NCBI GenBank assembly: GCA_965197935.1
Contig: CBDAOD010000002.1
Coordinates: forward strand, 1,668,464 to 1,732,463
Reading direction: 5' to 3'
DNA from: Vicinamibacterales bacterium
GTDB taxonomy: Bacteria > Acidobacteriota > Vicinamibacteria > Vicinamibacterales > CAZQMT01
Length of the DNA stretch: 64,000 bases
This document shows positions 29,909 through 40,727 of this stretch, piece by piece. The stretch's first letter is position 1. Every line of letters starts with the position of its first letter. Under the pieces are notes generated by a model. It did not search any database. It worked only from the letters and a program-made list of their open reading frames with translations, and was not told the origin of the DNA. Position numbers and translations under genes: made by a program.

Positions 29909-31231
29909 ATGCTCAACGGACTGTTCGTCTTCGTGGTCGTGACCTCGATCCTGATGGGCGCCCTCACGGGTCGGATGGAGGCGCTGACCCAGGCGGTTCT
30001 CGACTCCGCCGGTGATGCCGTCACGCTGGCCATCGGGCTGGTCGGCGTCATGGCGTTCTTCCTCGGGCTGATGCGCGTGGCCGAGGATGGCGGGCTGATG
30101 CGGCAGATCGCCAGGGCGATCGGTCCGGTCATGCAGCGCCTCTTCCCGACGGTACCCGTCGATCACCCGGCCATGAGTGCAATGATCTTGAACATCGCGA
30201 GCAACATGCTTGGCCTGGGCAACGCGGCCACACCGTTCGGCATCCGTGCCATCGAGGAGCTCGACAAGCTGAACGGACGCAAGGGAACGGCGACGAACGC
30301 CATGGTGCTGTTCCTTGCGATCAACACCGCGGGACTCGCGATCCTGCCGTCGGGGGTGATCGGACTCCGGGCGTCCCTGGGCTCGCAGGATGCCACGGGC
30401 ATCTTCTTTCCGACTTGGTTTGCGAGCGGCTGTGCCACCGTCGTCGGCGTGCTGATGGCGACACTACTCGCCCGCCTGCCCCACTACCGGGCAACGGAGC
30501 CGCCGGGTCTCGCTCCCGATCCGGCGCCCGCCCCCGCCCCCGCGACCTCCGCGGCGGCCGCCGACAAGGCCGCGCCATCATCCGACACGATGCAGGTTCC
30601 CGCGCGCGGTCGCCGGTGGGCGGTGGTGGCCTTCTGGCTCGTGTTCCTGGTGCTTCTCGGACGCCACATCGCGACCACCTCGACCGAGGGGGTGACCACC
30701 GACCTGATTCGTGGCGTGATGTCGTACTGGATGCTGCCGGCGCTCATTGCCGGCCTCGTGCTGTACGGGTGGTCGCGTGGTGTCCGCGTGTACGCATCGT
30801 TGGTCGACGGCGCCAAGCAGGGATTCGAGGTGGCGTTGCGGATCATTCCGTATCTGGTCGCCATCCTGGTCGCGATCGGCATGTTCCGGGCGTCCGGGAG
30901 CATCGATCTCCTGGTGCGCGTCATCGCGCCGATCACCGATCTCATCCGGATGCCCGCCGAAGCGTTGCCGATGGCGATTCTCCGCCCGCTTTCCGGGTCA
31001 GGCGCCTTCGGTGTGATGGCGGAGATCATGAACACGCACGGTCCGGATTCCTTGATTGGCTACATGGTGAGCACGTTTCAGGGCAGCACGGAGACGACGT
31101 TCTACACGCTCGCCGTGTACTTCGGTGCGGTGGGGATCGTCAACACGCGCCACACGCTCCCCGCCTGCCTGATGGCGGATACGGCCGGCATCCTCGCCGC
31201 CGTGCTCATCGTCAACGTCATGTTCGGATGA
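29909..31231 (+). CDS. SpmA/SpmB fused nucleoside-recognition (Gate) membrane protein
   Basis: NIASNMLGLGNAATPFG, FLAINT, RPLSGSGA, QGSTETTFYTLAVYFG. Confidence 0.92.
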   Translation: MLNGLFVFVVVTSILMGALTGRMEALTQAVLDSAGDAVTLAIGLVGVMAFFLGLMRVAEDGGLMRQIARAIGPVMQRLFPTVPVDHPAMSAMILNIASNMLGLGNAATPFGIRAIEELDKLNGRKGTATNAMVLFLAINTAGLAILPSGVIGLRASLGSQDATGIFFPTWFASGCATVVGVLMATLLARLPHYRATEPPGLAPDPAPAPAPATSAAAADKAAPSSDTMQVPARGRRWAVVAFWLVFLVLLGRHIATTSTEGVTTDLIRGVMSYWMLPALIAGLVLYGWSRGVRVYASLVDGAKQGFEVALRIIPYLVAILVAIGMFRASGSIDLLVRVIAPITDLIRMPAEALPMAILRPLSGSGAFGVMAEIMNTHGPDSLIGYMVSTFQGSTETTFYTLAVYFGAVGIVNTRHTLPACLMADTAGILAAVLIVNVMFG

Positions 31232-31253
31232 TTCCCGGCCCAGGCCCCACCTC

Positions 31254-32303
31254 ATGCCCGCAGTCGCCGCCCTCGCCACGGCCGTCCCTCCCTTCCGCTG
31301 CGACCAGGCGATGGCGCGTGAGGCGGTGGTCCGACTCTGCGCGGGCCGGCCGGATCTGGAGCGTCTGGCGCCGGTCTTCGGCCGGGCAGGAGTCGAGACC
31401 CGCTACCTGGTGCATCCACTCGAGTGGTACACCGAGGGTCGACCGTTCGACGAGCGCAACCGGGAGTTCCTGGCGAAGGGGCTGGATCTCGCCGAGGTCG
31501 CGGCGCGCGCGTGCCTGACGAAGGCCGGGGTGGATCCCCACCAGGTCGACCACCTGTACTTCGTGACGACGACGGGTCTGACGACACCGAGCCTGGATGC
31601 GCTCCTCGCGCCGCGGCTGGGGCTGGGACCCCACGTGCGGCGGTCGCCGCTCTTCGGTCTCGGGTGCGCGGGTGGAGCGGGGGCCCTGATCCGCGCGTGT
31701 GAGGTGCTGCGCGGTGCACCCACGGAGCGGGCACTCGTGGTGTCGGTCGAGCTCTGCAGCCTCGTCTTCTCACCGCGAGCCCGCACGCCGACGGACCTGA
31801 TCGGTGCGGCGCTCTTTGGTGACGGCGCGGCGGCGGTGCTCGTCGCCGGAGACGCGGCCGCGCCGGCGGGACCCTCGGTCGTCGCCACGCGGTCGCTGCT
31901 GTTCCCCGAGCGCCGCGATCTCATGGGCTGGGATTTCACCGCGGACGGGATGCGGCTGGTGCTGTCGCGTGAGATTCCACGATTCGTGGAGACGGAGGTC
32001 GGCCCGAGCATCCTCCAGTTCGCGCGCGACAACGGCGTGGCGCTGTCTGCCGTCGATCACTGCATCCTGCACCCGGGTGGGCCGAGGGTGATGGCCACCT
32101 ACCGCTCGGCGCTCGGCCTCTCGGAGGCGTCGCTGCAGCTTGCGCGGGAGTCGATGCGACGCTACGGCAACCTGTCGAGTGGCGCGGTGCTCTTCATGCT
32201 GAGCGACCTCGTCTCGGCCGGGCAAGCCAAGCGCGGGGACACGGGGCTGATGGTGGCGCTCGGTCCCGGCTTCGCTGCCGAGATGCTCGTCCTCGAGTGG
32301 TGA
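31254..32303 (+). CDS. Type III polyketide synthase
   Basis: Catalytic triad GLGCAGG (Cys), HPGG (His), GNLSS (Asn); ALFGDGAAA; GPGF. Confidence 0.93.
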   Translation: MPAVAALATAVPPFRCDQAMAREAVVRLCAGRPDLERLAPVFGRAGVETRYLVHPLEWYTEGRPFDERNREFLAKGLDLAEVAARACLTKAGVDPHQVDHLYFVTTTGLTTPSLDALLAPRLGLGPHVRRSPLFGLGCAGGAGALIRACEVLRGAPTERALVVSVELCSLVFSPRARTPTDLIGAALFGDGAAAVLVAGDAAAPAGPSVVATRSLLFPERRDLMGWDFTADGMRLVLSREIPRFVETEVGPSILQFARDNGVALSAVDHCILHPGGPRVMATYRSALGLSEASLQLARESMRRYGNLSSGAVLFMLSDLVSAGQAKRGDTGLMVALGPGFAAEMLVLEW

Positions 32304-32363
32304 TGCCTTCTGGCGGCTGACGCGCCCGGCCTCCTGCCTGTGACGCCAGCGGCCGTGGGGGTG

Positions 32364-32798
32364 TCAGGCTCGGAGGGTGTCGTCCGGACGGCAGACGCCT
32401 CCCTCGCAGGGGGTCGCATCGCGTCCGCTCAGCCAGTAGCGGTGTCGGGCGATGAAGCGATACGCGCGGTCGGCCACCCAGGCGATGGGCGGGATGTAAT
32501 ACGCGAGCGCGAGTGACCCGAGTCCGGGGTGTCCCTGGTGGAGGGCCTGGGCGATCGCCTCGGCTCCACCGTACAGACGACCCGCGGGATCGGCGAGGAC
32601 GATCTCACGCATGCAGCGTTCGGCGGTGAGGCCGGGGAACCGCTCGAGGAGCCGCGTCTCGGCCGGACGCGTGACGATGCGGGGGCCGGCGAGCCGCGAG
32701 AGTCGCGCCGCCTGTGCCCGGCAGAATCCACAGCGCCCGTCGTAGATCAACAGGGGGGTACCCGCCCGGTGAGCGGCCTGATCCAAGGGGTGTGTCAT
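32364..32798 (-). CDS. DCC1-like (DUF393) thiol-disulfide oxidoreductase
   Basis: IYDGRCGFC ... YRFIARHRY. Confidence 0.88.
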   Translation of the reverse strand: MTHPLDQAAHRAGTPLLIYDGRCGFCRAQAARLSRLAGPRIVTRPAETRLLERFPGLTAERCMREIVLADPAGRLYGGAEAIAQALHQGHPGLGSLALAYYIPPIAWVADRAYRFIARHRYWLSGRDATPCEGGVCRPDDTLRA

Positions 32799-33023
32799 GA
32801 GCTGCGGCCGATCGAAAGCCGGGTTTCATCTTATCACCGCGGTGTGTCGAACGTGCGGCCCGGCCCGCCGGCCGCGGGCCCACTTGGAACCCGGTCCGGC
32901 GAGAGGAAGCACGCCGCAGCCCGCGCCGAGGCGCCCCGGACCGCCCGGCCTGCTGGGTGCCCGCCACCGTTGGCGGATCGGTAGGCTCCGTGTAGACTCA
33001 GCGGCGTATAGGGAGGCTCGACC

Positions 33024-34391
33024 ATGTTCCGACGCGCGTTGTTCGCGGTGGTGGGCGCGCTGCTCATCCACGGGAGCGCCCTACACGCCCAGGAGTCTCA
33101 TTGGCCTCAGTGGCGCGGACCCGACCGCAACGGGGTCTCGACCGCGGCCGACCTGCCGCTCGAGTGGAGCACGACGGAGAACGTCCTGTGGAAGGTCGCC
33201 ATCGAAGGCCGGGGGCACTCCTCTCCCGTGGTGTGGGGCAAGAACATCTTTCTGACGACCGACATCGAGGGGGACGTCATCCCGGGCGCCCACGCGCCGG
33301 AGCACCTTCGCGCCGGAGAGCCCTACCTCCATCCGGCTGCGCAGAGTGCCGATCGCCGGCATACCCTCAAGGTGCTGGCCATCGATGCCGACACCGGCCG
33401 AACGCGGTGGTCGCGAACCGTGCACGACGGTCGAGTGTTCGACAACCGGCACGGCCGAAACACCTACGCCACTCCGACCGCTGTCACCGATGGTGAGCGC
33501 GTCTACGCCTACTTCGGCTCGCAGGGCCTGTACGCGTTCGATTTCGGCGGCACGCTCGCATGGGACGTCGATTTCGGCGATGTCTCGACCTGGGGGCACG
33601 GCCACGGCACGTCTCCGCTGCTGTTCGGGGGCCTGCTCATCCTGCAGATCGATCAGAACGAGGGTGACGGATCTCGGCTCGTAGCGCTGGACAAGGACAC
33701 GGGCGCGGAGGTCTGGAACACACCACGCGCGGAACGCATCGACTACAGCAGCCCCATCCTGATCGGCAGCGGGGACCGGACGGAGATCGTGACGACGAGC
33801 TACCAGAACGTCATCGCCTACGATCCCAGGACCGGCGCGGAGCGCTGGCGGAGCTCGGGATTCCTGGGGAACGGCGTTCCCACCGCAGTCGCGAACGAGC
33901 ACATGGTCTTTGCGGTGTCGGGCTATCCCGACAAGGTTACCCGCGCGATCCGGATCCCCACCGATGCCGACACGCCTGCCACGGTCGACGCCGTCTGGGA
34001 GTATCGAAAGGGCACGGGCTACACGCCGTCGCCCTTGCTGTATCGCGGACATCTCTATCTCGTGTCGGACAAGGGGCTGCTCACGTGTATCGAGCCGGAT
34101 ACGGGCAGACTCGTGTACGAGGGCGGACGGGTTCCGGTCCCGACCTTCGTTCGCGCGTCTCCCGTCGCCTGGGAGGACAAGATTCTCCTCTCCGGCGAGG
34201 ATGGCGACTTCTTCGTGGTCCAGGCAGGACCCGAGCACAAGGTGCTCGCGCACAGCTCGATCGGCGAACGGGTCATCGCGTCACCCGCGGTGGCGGAGGG
34301 GCGCTGGTACATCCGAGGTGAGCAGCACCTCTACGCGATCGGCACGGACACGGCCGCGACCGCGGCGCCCCCCCCCGGACAGGTGCCATGA
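33024..34391 (+). CDS. PQQ-binding-like beta-propeller protein
   Basis: WPQWRGP, GHSSPVVWG, ATPT.VTDG, SPLLY, ASPAVA...IRG. Confidence 0.9.
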   Translation: MFRRALFAVVGALLIHGSALHAQESHWPQWRGPDRNGVSTAADLPLEWSTTENVLWKVAIEGRGHSSPVVWGKNIFLTTDIEGDVIPGAHAPEHLRAGEPYLHPAAQSADRRHTLKVLAIDADTGRTRWSRTVHDGRVFDNRHGRNTYATPTAVTDGERVYAYFGSQGLYAFDFGGTLAWDVDFGDVSTWGHGHGTSPLLFGGLLILQIDQNEGDGSRLVALDKDTGAEVWNTPRAERIDYSSPILIGSGDRTEIVTTSYQNVIAYDPRTGAERWRSSGFLGNGVPTAVANEHMVFAVSGYPDKVTRAIRIPTDADTPATVDAVWEYRKGTGYTPSPLLYRGHLYLVSDKGLLTCIEPDTGRLVYEGGRVPVPTFVRASPVAWEDKILLSGEDGDFFVVQAGPEHKVLAHSSIGERVIASPAVAEGRWYIRGEQHLYAIGTDTAATAAPPPGQVP

Positions 34392-34491
34392 TCGGCCCGA
34401 CGGGGTCTCGCCGACGGCCGTGTGACGGGACCCGTTCGGCGCGAGCCACGCCGCGGGGTTGGCTCGGAGTCCAGGAAGGAAGGTGGTTCGC

Positions 34492-35721
34492 ATGTCCCGT
34501 GATCAGCCCGGACGCGTAGCGCGGCGCGCCCTGGTCGGCGCGCTCCTGGTTGCAGCCGGGATGCTCTGCCCGCCGGGGTCGGGGCTCGGTTGGATGGGTG
34601 CCAGCCGGGGGACCGCCAGCCTGGCCGCGGTTGGCGCGACGCCCGGGTCGCAGACGGGAGAGCGATTCGTGCCCTCGCGACCCGAGACCGTGACGTGGGG
34701 ATGGTTTCCCGTCGACCGTCCCCCCGTCCTGACCATCCAGTCCGGAGACACAGTCCGCATCGACACGCTGACCCACGCCGGTGCGACGCAGGATGAGGAT
34801 CCGGTCACCTACCTCGGCGCGCTCGGTGTCGAGAAGGACGAGATCCTGCAGGACGTCCTCGACTTTTGGGCGTCGCGGCGCCAGCGGCCCAGAGAGGGGC
34901 GGAGCGGACACGTCATCACCGGCCCGGTCGCCATCGAGGGCGCAGACCCGGGGGACATGCTCGAGGTGCAGATCCTCGACGTGCGGACCCGCGTGCCATA
35001 CGGGATCAACAGTACGAACGCGAGGAGCGGCGTCTTCGATCCCCGCTATCCGGGGGCGCGTCGCGCAGATCCGCCGCTGGACATCCCGAGGACCCAGCAT
35101 TTGATTCGAACGGCCGTCGTGGGCGGTCGCGAGGTCGCGCTCTTCTCCCCGGAAATCGAGGTTCCCCTGGCGCCGTTCATGGGCATCATGGGCGTCGCAC
35201 CCGCCGACCCGGTGGATGGGCAGCCCGGCGTGACCGTCCCGGGGATTCAGAGCTCACGGCCCCCGGGGGCCTTCGGCGGCAACATGGACGTGAGGGATCT
35301 CACGGCCGGAACGACGCTGTATCTCCCCGTCTTCCAGCCGGGCGCGCTGTTCTACGTCGGCGACCCTCACTCCGCTCAGGGCGACGGCGAGGTCAGCGGC
35401 ACGGCCATCGAGCAGTCGCTCACGGGGGTCTTCAGGTTCGTCGTCCACGAGGGGAAGGCGATCGCCGGCCCACGCGCCGAAACCGAGACGCACTACATCC
35501 TGATGGGGATCGACCTCGATCTGGATAGGGCGCTGCAGCTGGCGGTCCGCGAGGTTGTGGCCTTTCTCGTCGAGGAGAAGGGCCTGACGCGAGCCAAGGC
35601 GTTCTCGCTGGCCAGCATCGCCGTCGACTTCCACGTGGCCGAAGCCGTCGACCTCACGCAGGTCGTTTCTGGAAAGATTCCGAAGAGCCTCTTCCTCTCG
35701 GCTACTGCAGCAGCGCGTTGA
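34492..35721 (+). CDS. Acetamidase/formamidase-family protein
   Basis: HVITGPVAIEGA.PGD, FGGNMD, GDPHSAQGDGEVSGTAIE. Confidence 0.92.
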   Translation: MSRDQPGRVARRALVGALLVAAGMLCPPGSGLGWMGASRGTASLAAVGATPGSQTGERFVPSRPETVTWGWFPVDRPPVLTIQSGDTVRIDTLTHAGATQDEDPVTYLGALGVEKDEILQDVLDFWASRRQRPREGRSGHVITGPVAIEGADPGDMLEVQILDVRTRVPYGINSTNARSGVFDPRYPGARRADPPLDIPRTQHLIRTAVVGGREVALFSPEIEVPLAPFMGIMGVAPADPVDGQPGVTVPGIQSSRPPGAFGGNMDVRDLTAGTTLYLPVFQPGALFYVGDPHSAQGDGEVSGTAIEQSLTGVFRFVVHEGKAIAGPRAETETHYILMGIDLDLDRALQLAVREVVAFLVEEKGLTRAKAFSLASIAVDFHVAEAVDLTQVVSGKIPKSLFLSATAAAR

Positions 35722-38295
35722 ACACGAGCTTGAAGGTGCCGTAGGTCTGTGCCCGATGCTGCGGGCGGAATCCGATGAGCACCACACGTCCCTCCCCGTA
35801 GCCCGCGGAAACCATGGCGGCGCGTTTCGCCAGGTGCTCCTCGCCGATGAGCCAGCCGCTCCGCAGGATGTCACGGTCGCGATAGCGCACGACGGTCTCG
35901 TAGCGCGCGTTGGCCCGAGAGGGCGTGATCTCGAACGCCGGGTTGCTCCAGAAGAGCGCGAGGGCTTCCGACGGCATGCCGTACGCGAGCGGGTGAGTGG
36001 GGTCGACATCGACCCACAGCGTCGAACCCGGACAGAAGAACTCCTTCGTGGGCACGTCCGCGAGGACGTTGCTGACGTGGAGGGCGAACGCCTCGATGGC
36101 GAACTCGGTGGCATTGCCGAAGCTCACGAGCATCCCGCCCTCGCGGACGAAGGCCTTCAGCGCCTCGACGCCGTCACCGGCCAGGCCGCTCATGTACTCG
36201 GGCGGGTAGGACTGTGGCGCCGCGGGATCGACTTCGACCTTGTCGTCCAGCGGATCGACGTCACCCGTGATGAGATCCTTGGGATCGTGGGGGATGATGA
36301 TGACGTCGAGCGTCGAGCGCAGCCCTCCCTTCTCGATATCCGCGTCGTGGAGGGTCGTGTACGGAAAACCGAAGCGCTCGAGGAGGAACCGCGTCCAGCC
36401 CTCGTCCATACTGCCGCCGCGATAGCGCTGGTACATGCCCACGCGCATCCGGTTCACGTCACCGAGGCCCCCGCTCGGCGTCTCGGTGATCGCGTCGAAG
36501 TCCACCCCCGTCGCGGTGGCGACCCGCCGTAGCACGTCGCTGGACGCATCGCCCACGATGAAATCGCCGCCCGGGTCGTCGTCGGACGGCACGACGCGCT
36601 GGACCGTCACACCTTCGTCGATCAAGAGATTGACCGCCTTGTAGCTGAGGTTCATTCGGCCATCGAGACGGTGCCGCGAGCCGGGGGCCACGTTGCCGGG
36701 TGTGGGATCCTCGTCGTCGAGGATCTCGAGGCGCCCCTCGACGGGCGACCCCACCGGGTCGACCCGGACGCCCATGAACTCCGACATGGTGTGGGTGGCC
36801 GTGTCGTAGGGCCGTAACGGCGAGCCGTCGCGCGCTCGAGTCCACTCGTTGTCGGGATAGTCCGTGCGGCCCATCAGGTTGCGGATGAGGCCCATCTTCG
36901 GTTGCGCGAGGGAGATGACGTACGAGCCGGCCCCGTACTGCATGCCGTCGACCTCGAACGAGGCGGTGGCTTTGCCAACCTCGATGTCTGACTTCAGCAG
37001 GGTGTTCACCATCTTCACTGCGGTGAGGCGATCGTGTTGGCGTGCGGGCACCACGTAGGCCTTCACGTCACCGGCGGCGCCCCGCTCGATCTGCCGCTGC
37101 GCCTTCAGGTAGCCGTTGCGCAGGATGGTCTCGCGGTTTCGGGCCGCACTGTCGAGGATGGCCCAGGCCGCGACCTTCTGCTGCTCGACGATGTCCCGCA
37201 CGCGCCACCAGCCGCCCGGCCAGACGTTGGGCATCGTCGACTGCGCCTCGTACACGGGGAACTGCCGCGCGCCGCCCTGAAGCTGCTCGGGATGCAGATA
37301 GAGCGGCGTCGCGAGGCTCGCGCTCGCCGATTCGGTCAGCATGCCCGCCATGTTGTGGAACGGCGTGATCCAGTGCCAGCCGAAGTGACCCCAGCCGGGG
37401 TACTGTCCGTTGTTCAAGATCCCGGCCTTCTCGTGCTGCTCCAGCTTGTAGGCGATGTGTGCCCCGTACCAGGAGTGCTCGCGCCAGACCAACGGGTCCG
37501 CGTAAGGCCGCATGGGCTCGCTATAGGGCGGCACGTACATCCGGGGGCCGTAGGCGCCCATCTGGTGGTGGTCCACGTAGGCCTGCGGCGTCCAGTCCCG
37601 GTAGAGCACCTTGGCCGTGTACACCGCCTCGATCTGATTCAGAAAGTCCGCATCCCGGTTGTTATCGTGGCCGACGTATTTGTGATACAGCCAGGGCAGA
37701 TTGGAGCCTTCGTACTCGGTGTCCAGAGTCTCCCGATACCAGTCGGTCACCATGATCTGCCGTCCGGATTGAAGCAGGGAAACATCAGATGGACGACGTT
37801 ACCCAGGATTCGCTGCGTCTCCGCGTCGTTCCGGGAGGCGAGCTCGTAGGCCAGCTCGGGTGCGGTCTGCGCCGCCGCGACCTCGGTCGAGTGGAGGCCG
37901 AAGGACTGGCTCACGACGGCCTTTCCCTCGGCGATCAGTCGCTCGATGTCCTGCTCCGACCGTCCGCGCGGATCGCCAAGCTGATTGTTCATCTCTCGGA
38001 TGGTCGCGAGGTTCGCATGGTTCTCGGGCGACGTCACGATGGCCAGGAGATAGGGATGCCCCTCGGTCGACGGGCCGAGGTCGATGACCTCGATCCGGTC
38101 GCTCTCGCTGGCGAGGAGCTCGAAGTATTCGACAATCTTGTCCCAGCGGGCCAGCTCCCTGTCCGCACCCAGTTGGTGACCGAAGAAGGACTCCGGGGTC
38201 GTGATGTCGTTGGCACGCTGGAGCTCGCGGGCGTCGAGAGACGCCGAGACGAGCAGGAGTAACGCGATCCACGCCTGCAGACGGATCTTTTTCAT
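35702..38295 (-). CDS. M14-family zinc carboxypeptidase with C-terminal GATase-like domain (frameshift at ~37759)
   Basis: GLHSTE, NPDG, HKYVGHDNNRD, DHHQMG, SMDEGWTRF, GFRPQHRAQT. Confidence 0.88.
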
Positions 38296-38629
38296 GGCTA
38301 CCTCGTTGCTCCGAGAAGGGTCATGTGGCCGGGACGCGCCCCGTGGCCGCCCACGCACGACGAAAAGCCGGACCGCTCGCGTTGTCGAGGGCCCCCGGGT
38401 CATTCTATGACCGCCGAGCCGGCGCGTCCACGCCATACGCCGCCGCCACAGACCCGGGCGCGACGAGCTGGTAAGATCTTCCTGGTTTGGCCGGTCGTCG
38501 TGAAAGGAGTGAGATGGCGAAAATTCGAGGGTGAGCGAAACTTAGTTGGAAATTGAAACGGCTCCCACACCCTGTGGTTTGATGACGTTAAGCAAAACGG
38601 CCATCAACCCACGAGAGAAAGGAGCCGAG

Positions 38630-39909
38630 ATGAGCAGTGTCCTACGTCCTGTCAGGAAGCGCAAGAAGGGTCGCAAGCTGGGCCGGGTCGAGGTCATCCG
38701 GCGCGAGGACTACACCGCGCTGGAGCTGGACGCCAAGGTGGAGCTGATCCGCTCGCTGGTCCCGCTGGGCTTGATGCACGTGGAGGAGGTGCTCGACGAG
38801 GAGGTAACGGCGCTGGCTGGCGAGCGCTACGCCCGCAAGGCCGCGTCGATCGGGGGCCGCCGGCACGGTAGCAACCCTGGGACCGTCGGCCTGGCGGGGC
38901 AGCGGGTGCCGATTCGGGTGCCGCGGGTGCGCGGGGTCGCGGGGCGGGAGATTCCGTTGCGCGCCTACGAGGCGTTGCATGGCGACGGCGCGGTGAATGA
39001 CCTCCTGCTGAAGCGCGTGCTCTATGGGATCTCGTGTCGCAACTACGAGGCGGCCGCCGAGGCGATTCCCGGCGCGATCGGGCTGTCGGGGTCGACGGTG
39101 TCCCGAGGCTTCATCGAGGCCAGCGCCGCGAAGCTTCACGAGCTCCAGGAGCGGGACCTGGCCGCTGAGGACGTCGTGGCCATCGTATTGGACGGCAAGA
39201 CGTTCGCCGAGGCCACAATGGTCATCGCACTGGGCATCACCATTTCTGGGGCGAAACACTTCCTCGGCTTCGTGGAGACGGACACGGAGAATGAGCGGGT
39301 GCTGACGCTGTTCTTGCGGTCGTTGGTCGAGCGGGGCTGGACCTCTCGCAGGGCCTGCTGGTGATCCTCGACGGCAGCAAGGGGCTGCGGGCAGCCGTCC
39401 GGAAGACCTTCCGCCACCGCGCCCTGGTCCAACGGTGCCAGTGGCACAAGCGGGAGAACGTGGTGAGTCACCTGGCCAAGAGCGAACTGGCGGCGTGGCG
39501 TCAGCGCCTCCAGCGCGCCTACAACCGGCCGGAGTACGACGAGGCCCTCACGGCGCTCAAGACGCTCCAGGGCGAGCTCGACGAACGGAACCAGTCGGCG
39601 GCTCGGAGCTTGACAGAAGGTCTGGACGAAACCTTAACGCTGCATCGCCTCGGGCTGTACGGGGTGCTGGGCCGGTCGCTGAAGACGACGAACTGTCTGG
39701 AGTCGGTCAATGCGCTCGTTGAGGAACGCTGTGCGAAGGTTGACCACTGGCAGAACTCGAGCCAACGCCACCGCTGGCTGGCGACCGCGCTCCTGGACAT
39801 CGAGCCGCGCCTGCGGAAGCTGATGGGCTACCGCCACCTGCCCACGCTTCGTGCCGCGTTGAAGCAAGAACTGAAGATCGACACGACGACATCGAAGAAG
39901 GCCGCATGA
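38630..39909 (+). CDS. IS256-family (mutator-type) transposase (frameshift at ~39335)
   Basis: GISCRNY, VLDGK, ILDGSKGL, QRCQWHKRENV, TTNCLES. The break lies in a GGGG run. Confidence 0.9.
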
Positions 39910-39936
39910 CGAATCCGGAGCCGTAGAGAGTTTCAA

Positions 39937-40094
39937 TTGAGTCTCCCTCGCCTGAAGGCGAGGGATTCAGTGCGCCGCGTCGGCTGAAGCCGACTATCGC
40001 GGCGCACGGCCCAGAGCCCAAAGAGGTCCGGCCCTGCGGCCTCCTGAAGGCTTCGCCTAAAGGCGAGGGGTTTCACACATCCCAGAGGGAGACT
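39937..40094 (-). mobile_element. Non-autonomous 158-bp IS200/IS605-type element (PATE-like) nested in the IS256 right end
   Basis: No TSD. On the minus strand it sits 3' of TTAG and ends in TCAA. Subterminal hairpins TCGCC-TTTA-GGCGA and TCCCTCGCC-TTCA-GGCGAGGGA are preceded by AAAC and GAAT. Removing it restores the IS256 IR register. Confidence 0.85.
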
Positions 40095-40113
40095 CTAAGA
40101 ATGGGCTTGACTC

Positions 40114-40705
40114 GAAAATTCTGGTGTTCGCGGGCAGCACGCGGCGCGACTCGTTCAACAAGAAGCTCGCTCGAGCGGGCGGAATCCAGGTCGAGAACGC
40201 TGGCGGCGAGGTCACCTACGTCGATCTGCGGGATTACCCGCTCCCGCTCTACGACGGCGATCTCGAAGCCGAACGGGGGATTCCCGAGCCGGCCCAGAGG
40301 CTCAAGACGCTCTTCCGGGCGCACCCGGGGCTGCTGATCGCGTCGCCCGAGTACAACAGCTCGATCAGTGGCGTGCTGAAGAACACGCTGGACTGGGTGT
40401 CCAGACCCGCCGACGGTGAGCCGCCGCTCGTCGCCTTCCGCGGGAAGGTGGCGGCGCTGACGAGCGCCTCGCCGGGCGGTTTCGGCGGCATGCGCGGGCT
40501 CGTCACCGTGCGCGCCATCCTCGGTAACATCGGTGTGCTGGTGCTGCCGACCCAGATCAGCGTCCCCAAGGCCGGCGAAGCCTTCGCCGAGGACGGCTCG
40601 CTCCTCGACGCACGTCTGGAGCGTCGGCTGGCGAAGCTGGCGACCGAGCTGGTTGAGACCGTTGGTCGGCTAGCAGCCCCTGGTGAAAATCCTGCGCAGC
40701 ACTGA
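40114..40705 (+). pseudogene. NAD(P)H-dependent FMN reductase split by IS256 (original ATG at 38514)
   Basis: AAGGAG-ATG GCG AAA ATT C before the IS joins TG GTG TTC GCG GGC AGC after it, giving MAKILVFAGSTRRDSFN; PEYNSS..GVLKNTLDWVSR; SASPG.FGG.RG. Confidence 0.88.
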
Positions 40706-40727
40706 GGGCCGCCTTGGGAGATGCCGA

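Larger units (their letters stand above)
38527..40113 (+). mobile_element. IS256-family insertion sequence inserted in an FMN-reductase gene
   Basis: GAG...CTC ends; 8-bp target duplication GAAAATTC at 38519-38526 and 40114-40121; imperfect IRs sharing CTTAGTTG once the nested element is removed. Confidence 0.9.

Noticed and set aside
29909-31231. Sporulation implied by SpmAB
   Set aside because: SpmAB fusions are common in non-sporulating bacteria and no other sporulation genes are present.
39325-39365. Programmed frameshift in the IS256 transposase
   Set aside because: IS256 transposases are single ORFs and there is no slippery heptamer; a missing G in a G run explains it.
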